From a virus (Duplodnaviria; Caudoviricetes): DNA of 30,532 bases. This document shows, one piece after another, positions 25,095-30,532 of the stretch. Position numbers and translations under genes: made by a program. Location of the stretch: positions 1-30,532 of the IMG/VR virus record IMGVR_UViG_3300020045_005271; one strand, given 5' to 3'. The notes below the pieces were generated by a model. That model had not been told where the DNA came from. It did no database searches and worked only from the letters and a program-made list of their open reading frames with translations. The stretch's first letter is position 1. Each line of letters begins with the position of its first letter.

Positions 25095-25109
25095 ATTCTT
25101 TCCAAGTTA

Positions 25110-25129
25110 AGCCCCGCGTCTACGGGGCT
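25110..25129 (-). promoter_or_regulatory. Intergenic GC hairpin
   Basis: AGCCCCG / CGGGGCT stem without a strong T run. Confidence 0.5.
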
Positions 25130-25135
25130 GATTGA

Positions 25136-27202
25136 TTATTTAATTATTAGGCAAAATGCCGCTCTTAACGCCTTGCCCTGCTTATCACTATCGAACAAGT
25201 TATGTAAAAAACTCGAACGACTGTTTTGTGGCGTACTTTGAAAATCTACAATCTTGCCAGCAGCTTCAACGACTTTAGCGTGCAGAACGGGATTCATTGC
25301 CGCATACATTGCAACAATGTCATTATTCAGTACGCGATTAACCCTGTCTGTATCATCATTAGCATGGTCGTCAATATATGTTTGCTCAATAATCACAGGT
25401 ACAAGTGGCGTTTCGTCATCCAAAGAAGCAATAAAAGCACTAACTTCTTCTATTTTTTCAGGCGTTAAATTCACACTTGCATCAATAAAAACAGGCGATT
25501 CATTAACGATTAAAACCGCCGAATCTTTGACAGATTGCGCCGCTAATTCGTCCGCTTCGGCTTTTAGTTTTTCAGCTAAATCAATGGCGCGTTGTTTTGC
25601 CGCTGGTATCAAAATGCCATTCAGATTATCTAGCGTGACATTTCTTAAGTCTTGATATAAAAACTTATGCTCGTCATCGGGAGCGTTAAAGGCACCGAGT
25701 TTTTCGGCTTGTGACATGAGATATTCAACGCTGTGCATCGGGTCACTTAATGCCTCGCACTTGGCTTTAAATACTTCAAATGCGTCTAAGCACGCTCGTT
25801 TTGCAGCTTCTTCAATCGCCAGTTTCAACTCACTTTCTTTGCGCAAAAGATAACCAAGTGCATAGGATTTTTCTTCAATCGCTTTCTGCTCAAATTCGCC
25901 GAACATCACATCGATAATCACGCTTTCGACCTGCACACGCTTAGCGGCGATCAACTCAAGGCTCGATACATCTTGCGGCGATACCGTAAAGGTCTCGATT
26001 TTCGCAAGAATAGCCTGCTTCACCTGCTCGGCTTGTTCATCGGCTAACCGCTTTTTTTCAGCTTCGGCGATTAAAATATCGTCCTGAATTCGCTTTTGCT
26101 CGGCTTCCCATTCAGCGCGTTTTGAGCCGATATGCCCGACAATAGGGGTAATAAGTGACTCGATAAGTCTATCTGTTTTCGTGTATTTACGATGCTCGGC
26201 AAGTGCTTTTTCACGGAGCGGCGCGTTAGCCTTTTTAATCAATGGAATGATTTTTTTTATCCGCTTTTCCATTTTTTCTGATAATTCTCGACCCTCTTTA
26301 ACTTCGCAGTCGAACACCTCGCCGCCTTTGAGATGGTACGACACGACTTTGTCGTTTTCGATAACTAAATCGACAATTTCAACACCTATCGATTCGGCTA
26401 CTTTACGCGCAATTTCCTCACAACCCATTTCTAGGAGCGCGGGTGTTAGCATAAAATCATTCGATGCTTTAACGAGCTTGGTTTCTGGCATTACACCATC
26501 ATAAATCACTGAGGCACGGTCAGGTTCGGCTTTAATGGAGTCGTAAAGGTTACGCGCCAGTTTTGCCCGTTGCTTTAGTTTATTTCTAAACTCAACATCA
26601 ATAGACATGTAGTCGCCCGCATCGACTACAACAATGTAGTGTAGTTTTTTTACAGTTGAACGTGGATCATAAAAAACTATGATTGATGAAACTGATTTTT
26701 CATAGTACTCCTCGGCGCAAATATTTTGCGTGTGAACCTGACAGTATTTAGCCCAATCTTCGCGTTTTAATACTTCAGCACTGTCACCAACAGCGGTAAT
26801 AATGTAATCGTGGTTTTTTGTGTCGAGGCATTTAATTTCTGGAATAATGATAGAGCCATCTGCCATGATTAAATGCGCGTCACACAGTGCCGATATTATA
26901 TTACTGTACTCGAAACCAGCGTTCAACCGTAATTGATTTTCACCGTAAAACTGTATTTCAGCTCCAAATTCAGCGGCGATTAATTCAACCGCTTCAACTT
27001 CGTGTTCGCGCCCCCAAAGCACCGCAGGGGTATTGAGTTCATAGGCGTTTTCAAGGTCTTCGTCTGTGCCGCGACACATTGTAGAAACTAGAGATACCGC
27101 GCCTTTTGGTAGGTTATCGTGTTGTAGATACGACATGATTTTTGATACTTGACTCGCACCGATTGTTAGGCGGTGAGCTTGGGTTATATTTTCAGTAGTC
27201 AT
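25136..27202 (-). CDS. YqaJ / lambda-exonuclease-like nuclease fused to a long coiled-coil region
   Basis: IGASQV, WGREHEVEA, SALCDA, PEIKC and YCQVHTQ in the first ~200 aa; directly downstream of recT. Confidence 0.85.
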   Translation of the reverse strand: MTTENITQAHRLTIGASQVSKIMSYLQHDNLPKGAVSLVSTMCRGTDEDLENAYELNTPAVLWGREHEVEAVELIAAEFGAEIQFYGENQLRLNAGFEYSNIISALCDAHLIMADGSIIIPEIKCLDTKNHDYIITAVGDSAEVLKREDWAKYCQVHTQNICAEEYYEKSVSSIIVFYDPRSTVKKLHYIVVVDAGDYMSIDVEFRNKLKQRAKLARNLYDSIKAEPDRASVIYDGVMPETKLVKASNDFMLTPALLEMGCEEIARKVAESIGVEIVDLVIENDKVVSYHLKGGEVFDCEVKEGRELSEKMEKRIKKIIPLIKKANAPLREKALAEHRKYTKTDRLIESLITPIVGHIGSKRAEWEAEQKRIQDDILIAEAEKKRLADEQAEQVKQAILAKIETFTVSPQDVSSLELIAAKRVQVESVIIDVMFGEFEQKAIEEKSYALGYLLRKESELKLAIEEAAKRACLDAFEVFKAKCEALSDPMHSVEYLMSQAEKLGAFNAPDDEHKFLYQDLRNVTLDNLNGILIPAAKQRAIDLAEKLKAEADELAAQSVKDSAVLIVNESPVFIDASVNLTPEKIEEVSAFIASLDDETPLVPVIIEQTYIDDHANDDTDRVNRVLNNDIVAMYAAMNPVLHAKVVEAAGKIVDFQSTPQNSRSSFLHNLFDSDKQGKALRAAFCLIIK

Positions 27203-27216
27203 TTTATTTCTCGCAT

Positions 27217-27316
27217 AAAAAAAGGCAGTCTTTAATGGGGTGGAATTAGCCGAAAATTGAGCTACCCATTTAAAAAATGCCTTTGTTTAAATTTTCGTTT
27301 AAGCGATTCCACTCGC
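27217..27316 (-). promoter_or_regulatory. Structured leader: small hairpin plus terminator-like hairpin with complementary loops
   Basis: Minus strand GCGA-GTGGAA-TCGC, then AAAGGCA...AATGGG...ATTCCAC-CCCATT...TGCCTTT and a T run. Confidence 0.7.
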
Positions 27317-27324
27317 CGTGTGCA

Positions 27325-28284
27325 TTATACGCCTAATTCTTTTTCAAGTGCAGACATTTTTGCATTATACGCAGCGGTTATTTTTGGCTTAACCAGTGCG
27401 GACGCGGTATCCATTAGCTCATTTAACTTTTCGTCTAACGAGCCAAAATCAGCGCACGATTCAAACGCTTCTGTGAACTTATCGGCTGTTTTTACAGGCT
27501 CTGGCTGTGCGTTGTTCTGCACCCCGGTATCTGGCTGCTCATCCTGATATTGAGTAGATACCACCATTCCACCATCAATGTTTGCGACACCGCCAAATTC
27601 TGAAACACTAGCAACTTCTATTGCCATTGACATTTCAACCGAGCAAGGCATATATTTCAAAACCTGCAAAAGCGGTATTTTTCTAGCGTACATTTCCCAG
27701 TTTTGATATGAGTAATGGCGCGTACCAACTTTGTTATACTTGTTTCTGTGTGCGAGTAGTTTTGCGTGACTCCACAATTCAATAATCGGCATTGAAGCGT
27801 CTTTTACCCAGCCAATGGCGAATGTGTGTGTAATCTCTTTTTCGTCGAACAATGAGGACTGTCGTTTAATCAGTAGTTCACGCCGTGAACCGTCCATAAA
27901 TTCCCAGTCAACGCCTTGCACTTGATCGCTATAAATAACGCCTGTATAAACTGTTCCACGACCCGATCGATTAACTAAGTCAACGAGACCTTTCCAGCCG
28001 GGTACAAACGTACAGGTATCTTTGTACGGTATTAAGTAACCCGCGCCATTTACGTTCGGCTCTAATCCAAGCTGTACCGCAGTCATAATACTGGCTGCAA
28101 TGCTTTGGTGTGTGCATTTTTGCAGAGCTGGATTTGTGCTAAACGCAGTCAATGCTAACCGCGCCATTCTGTCCGCCGTCAAGTGCTTTGGCAGTGCTAA
28201 AGCCATCTGTGGCTTTAGCTTATCCATAAATCCGCTAAAAACAGCTACGGGATTTTGGTTTCTTTCTGTTAAATTCGCACTCAT
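27325..28284 (-). CDS. recT: RecT-family single-strand annealing protein
   Basis: QMALALPKHLTADRMARLALT...NPALQKC...QLGLEP...YLIPY...GWKGLVDLVNRSG and MYARK...LKYMP. Confidence 0.95.
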   Translation of the reverse strand: MSANLTERNQNPVAVFSGFMDKLKPQMALALPKHLTADRMARLALTAFSTNPALQKCTHQSIAASIMTAVQLGLEPNVNGAGYLIPYKDTCTFVPGWKGLVDLVNRSGRGTVYTGVIYSDQVQGVDWEFMDGSRRELLIKRQSSLFDEKEITHTFAIGWVKDASMPIIELWSHAKLLAHRNKYNKVGTRHYSYQNWEMYARKIPLLQVLKYMPCSVEMSMAIEVASVSEFGGVANIDGGMVVSTQYQDEQPDTGVQNNAQPEPVKTADKFTEAFESCADFGSLDEKLNELMDTASALVKPKITAAYNAKMSALEKELGV

Positions 28285-28289
28285 TTTAT

Positions 28290-28394
28290 TTATTCCTCTT
28301 CGTTATCGTTAAAATCATCATTTTCAGAGTCTTGCGTCTCTGGTTCGTCATCATACGGATTTGCGCCGTCATAGCTTGCTTGATCACAGTACAT
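28290..28394 (-). CDS. Highly acidic 34 aa peptide (not in ORF track)
   Basis: MYCDQASYDGANPYDDEPETQDSENDDFNDNEEE; TGATG-coupled to the upstream gene, GAGG RBS. Confidence 0.6.
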   Translation of the reverse strand: MYCDQASYDGANPYDDEPETQDSENDDFNDNEEE

Positions 28395-28570
28395 CACACA
28401 ACGCCCTCAATCTCTACTGCCGATGACCCACAAATCATCGATTGCGTTATCATTTCAAAATCGATTAATTTTTGAATAGCTTCTTCTTCACTATCGGCAA
28501 CCACCTTTTTATCATAAGTAAATTCTTTTACTGGATAACGAATGGTTATCTCTACCTCGTATAGCTTCAC
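28394..28570 (-). CDS. Hypothetical protein
   Basis: GTG 28570 after GGAGG; KLYEVEIT...VVADSEEEAIQK. Confidence 0.75.
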   Translation of the reverse strand: MKLYEVEITIRYPVKEFTYDKKVVADSEEEAIQKLIDFEMITQSMICGSSAVEIEGVV

Positions 28571-28571
28571 T

Positions 28572-28736
28572 TTAGCCTCCAATCTGCATAAAGCCAAAAA
28601 TAACCGCTGCAAAAACAGCCGAGACTCCGATCCAAAATGCGACTGCCATCCATCTTGGATAAGGGCGCGTGCTGATTGCCATCGGGTATTTAGTACCGAT
28701 GTGGTTAAAGTCCTGCATTGTTTTATTCGCTTTCAT
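28572..28736 (-). CDS. 54 aa single-TM protein (not in ORF track)
   Basis: MKANKTMQDF...WMAVAFWIGVSAVFAAVIFGFMQIGG; GAGGAG RBS. Confidence 0.7.
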   Translation of the reverse strand: MKANKTMQDFNHIGTKYPMAISTRPYPRWMAVAFWIGVSAVFAAVIFGFMQIGG

Positions 28737-28902
28737 TTTCTATCTCCTCTAATTGCAATAGATAATCATCTCGACACCCATCTCTTTCGCCAAAAATTGG
28801 GCATTTATTCCCGCAATTTCCACTCATTCCGTGTCGATGGCATTCATCACTACCGCCGTCCTGAATATAAATGTCGTACAGCCTTTCTTCTTTAGTTAAC
28901 AT
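28723..28902 (-). CDS. 59 aa Cys-rich protein (not in ORF track)
   Basis: MLTKEERLYD...CHRHGMSGNCGNKCPIFGERDGC; AAGGAG RBS. Confidence 0.7.
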   Translation of the reverse strand: MLTKEERLYDIYIQDGGSDECHRHGMSGNCGNKCPIFGERDGCRDDYLLQLEEIENESE

Positions 28903-28903
28903 T

Positions 28904-29083
28904 TTATGACTCCTTAAAAATTACGTTTCTGCCATTTATACACGATAAGATTCGTCTTGATTGAGCAGCGTATTCTTTCGGGCAAGTTTCAATCGGGTGA
29001 GTAAAGAAATAACAGCCTAAACATGAATCCACTGGCTTAGTCATTTCTAGCACTACGCCTTCTGGTAATCTATCATCACCCAT
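28904..29083 (-). CDS. 59 aa Cys-rich protein (not in ORF track)
   Basis: MGDDRLPEGVVLEMTKPVDSCLGCYF...NVIFKES; GGAG RBS. Confidence 0.7.
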   Translation of the reverse strand: MGDDRLPEGVVLEMTKPVDSCLGCYFFTHPIETCPKEYAAQSRRILSCINGRNVIFKES

Positions 29084-29175
29084 GTTCTTTTTCTCCAGCC
29101 TATCATTTGAGTGCTACGCGGTGATATTACCAATTGCTGAACCTGCTTAGGTGTTTTACTCACTTTCGTTTCCAT
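29053..29175 (-). CDS. Possible 40 aa protein (not in ORF track)
   Basis: METKVSKTPKQVQQLVISPR...; GAGGA upstream; fills the gap in the operon. Confidence 0.4.
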   Translation of the reverse strand: METKVSKTPKQVQQLVISPRSTQMIGWRKRTWVMIDYQKA

Positions 29176-29302
29176 TATAATTATCCTCACAATCCGCTAT
29201 ATCATAATCGACAGGACTACATTCATTGCACAACGATGATTTTTTGTCGTCATCATCGTCTAATAAACATCGGCACACCAAACAAAATCTATTTTTATTC
29301 AT
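29156..29302 (-). CDS. 48 aa CxxC...CxxC acidic protein (not in ORF track)
   Basis: MNKNRFCLVC...DDDDD...LCNECSP; ATGA overlap with the upstream gene. Confidence 0.65.
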   Translation of the reverse strand: MNKNRFCLVCRCLLDDDDDKKSSLCNECSPVDYDIADCEDNYNGNESE

Positions 29303-29442
29303 TTAAACTGTCCCGCTACTTGCCCACTTAAAATTGCAACTAAAAAACACAATTGAACTATATCCATAGTTGCGCCAATAATCATAAAGCAGACTGCTGA
29401 AATTACGCTTATTAGTCTGCAAATATATAAAATATCTCTCAT
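29299..29442 (-). CDS. 47 aa two-TM membrane protein
   Basis: MRDILYICRLISVISAVCFMIIGATMDIVQLCFLVAILSG; ATGA coupling favours ATG 29442. Confidence 0.65.
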   Translation of the reverse strand: MRDILYICRLISVISAVCFMIIGATMDIVQLCFLVAILSGQVAGQFK

Positions 29443-29552
29443 GACATCCGCCCCCACTGACCGCAATTCATTAAATGACTTAGCCAAAAACTAAGACCTG
29501 ATTTAATCGCCTCATGGCAGCTTAGGCGATTTTGTTTTCTTTGGTTTTTCAT
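29439..29552 (-). CDS. 37 aa hypothetical protein (not in ORF track)
   Basis: MKNQRKQNRLSCHEAIKSGLSFWLSHLMNCGQWGRMS; GGAG RBS. Confidence 0.55.
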   Translation of the reverse strand: MKNQRKQNRLSCHEAIKSGLSFWLSHLMNCGQWGRMS

Positions 29553-29604
29553 GATGTTCTCCAGTTGTAAAAAACGACCACCGTTTCCAGTTGGCTAATA
29601 GTGG

Positions 29605-29760
29605 TTAAATATCCAAAAATGGAAAAGCCCATTTTTCCAAAACTAAATACAAACCCCATAATGGAAATATTACTGCAAAAAATGTACTCCAGAACCCTTT
29701 AGCTATCACTATCCCGATAATCCAAATAGAAGCAACAATTAACCCACCTATTTTACCCAT
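29605..29760 (-). CDS. 51 aa membrane protein, first gene of the leftward operon (not in ORF track)
   Basis: MGKIGGLIVASIWIIGIVIAKGFWSTFFAVIFPLWGLYLVLEKWAFPFLDI; GGAG RBS. Confidence 0.75.
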   Translation of the reverse strand: MGKIGGLIVASIWIIGIVIAKGFWSTFFAVIFPLWGLYLVLEKWAFPFLDI

Positions 29761-29822
29761 CTTGTAACTCCAGTTGTTACGGTCTAGTCGCCGACCGCTT
29801 AGCGTTTTAAAAAGTATGACTA

Positions 29823-29851
29823 ATAATAAACTTGTTTTTTCATCTGGTCAA
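29823..29851 (-). promoter_or_regulatory. Leftward early promoter
   Basis: Minus strand TTGACC, 17 bp spacer, TATTAT. Confidence 0.75.
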
Positions 29852-29858
29852 CAAGTTT

Positions 29859-29886
29859 TTGACAATAAAAAAACAAGTGTTATACT
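29859..29886 (+). promoter_or_regulatory. Rightward early promoter
   Basis: TTGACA, 16 bp spacer, TATACT with an extended TG. Confidence 0.8.
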
Positions 29887-29917
29887 GTAGTCACTTTAAA
29901 CAGATAGGAGTAATGGA

Positions 29918-30046
29918 ATGGATGATAGTAAAGAAATTACAGAAAAATGGTTATGGATGATGAATTGGTGTAAAGAAAATAAAGTTGCGCCGGCAAATGA
30001 TGAAAACTGGAAAAGAGCGGAGGAAGAATGGATAAAAAAACGATAG
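29918..30046 (+). CDS. 42 aa Trp-rich protein (not in ORF track)
   Basis: MDDSKEITEKWLWMMNWCKENKVAPANDENWKRAEEEWIKKR; AGGAG RBS. Confidence 0.65.
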   Translation: MDDSKEITEKWLWMMNWCKENKVAPANDENWKRAEEEWIKKR

Positions 30047-30252
30047 TCAAACGGTACAAAGGAAAAAATCTTGCTTGCGTGATTTTTGAGAGCTATGCGG
30101 GTATTAGTCGCGCATTAGGAGGGAAGCCAAGTAAGCAGGCGGTAAGATTGTGGGGTAAAAGCGTGCCAGCAAAACATAGAGCTACGCTTGTGATTGAGGC
30201 TAAAAAGCGCGGGTTTGATATTGAAGAATTTGATTTGAGGGGGGATATTTAG
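30028..30252 (+). CDS. Cro-like HTH regulator
   Basis: FESYAGISRALG...SKQAVRLWGKSVPAKH; second gene after the rightward promoter, GGAGG RBS. Confidence 0.75.
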   Translation: MDKKTIVKRYKGKNLACVIFESYAGISRALGGKPSKQAVRLWGKSVPAKHRATLVIEAKKRGFDIEEFDLRGDI

Positions 30253-30444
30253 ATGGATAGATTACCAGAAAAAGTGCTTGTATCGAACGGGTGTCATGAC
30301 TGCCCTTTCGAGGGCAAAAGAGCAACGACATGGGCGTGCGTTATGTTAGATGATATTAGGATTGACATTTATGCGCATAACAGCGAAAGACACCCAGAGT
30401 GTCCGCTTAACACTAATATTATTCAGGTAGTCAAAAATGGCTGA
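30253..30444 (+). CDS. Cys-rich hypothetical protein
   Basis: GCHDCPF...C...RHPECPL; GAGG RBS. Confidence 0.75.
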   Translation: MDRLPEKVLVSNGCHDCPFEGKRATTWACVMLDDIRIDIYAHNSERHPECPLNTNIIQVVKNG

Positions 30445-30532
30445 TTTTGTATTTATAGAATTTAACCCGCGCCGTGCAGCTAGAGGAGTTGGAGCTGCTA
30501 GAATGGAGGTTACTGAAGACGGCACTAAGTAT
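30437..30532 (+). CDS. Hypothetical protein, truncated by the window end
   Basis: MADFVFIEFNPRRAARGVGAARMEV..., open to the edge; AGGT RBS. Confidence 0.55.
   Translation, partial: MADFVFIEFNPRRAARGVGAARMEVTEDGTKY

Larger units (their letters stand above)
1..30532. mobile_element. Tailed dsDNA phage, P22-like podovirus organisation (partial genome)
   Basis: Syntenic terS-terL-portal-scaffold-coat-gp4-gp10-ejection proteins-tail fibre block, a convergent early recombination operon and no host housekeeping genes. Confidence 0.97.

Noticed and set aside
23446-29331. Plus-strand ORFs overlapping the leftward operon
   Set aside because: Antisense to a tightly coupled minus-strand gene series that has RBSs and recognisable families.
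1-30532. Alternative genetic code
   Set aside because: All core genes are full length in the standard code, and TAA, TAG and TGA are all used as stops.

Overview
A continuous stretch of a P22-like (podovirus-type) tailed phage genome. Plus strand, in order: the end of a probable replication gene, an iteron-rich origin candidate, small middle genes, a candidate anti-Shine-Dalgarno sRNA, holin-like genes, DUF3310, small and large terminase, P22-type portal, a block of tiny accessory ORFs, scaffold, P22-type major capsid, gp4-like and gp10-like tail-hub proteins, two fibre/needle proteins, a cupin, three ejection proteins (the last with a lytic transglycosylase domain) and a tail fibre. A bidirectional terminator separates this from a leftward early operon (RecT, a YqaJ exonuclease-coiled-coil fusion, NinX/DUF2591 and many mini-proteins). 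The window ends with back-to-back promoters and a Cro-like gene. No integrase, CI repressor or endolysin is visible. The most unusual signal is that several tiny ORFs in the head module look like internally deleted fragments of the phage's own capsid protein (strong) and portal protein (moderate to weak), possibly a decoy or interference array. Other notable signals: the multi-target sRNA candidate, two kissing-loop terminator leaders, a switch-like capsid leader RNA and an N-X-S/T-rich fibre. All family assignments and alignments were made by eye; no database searches were run.
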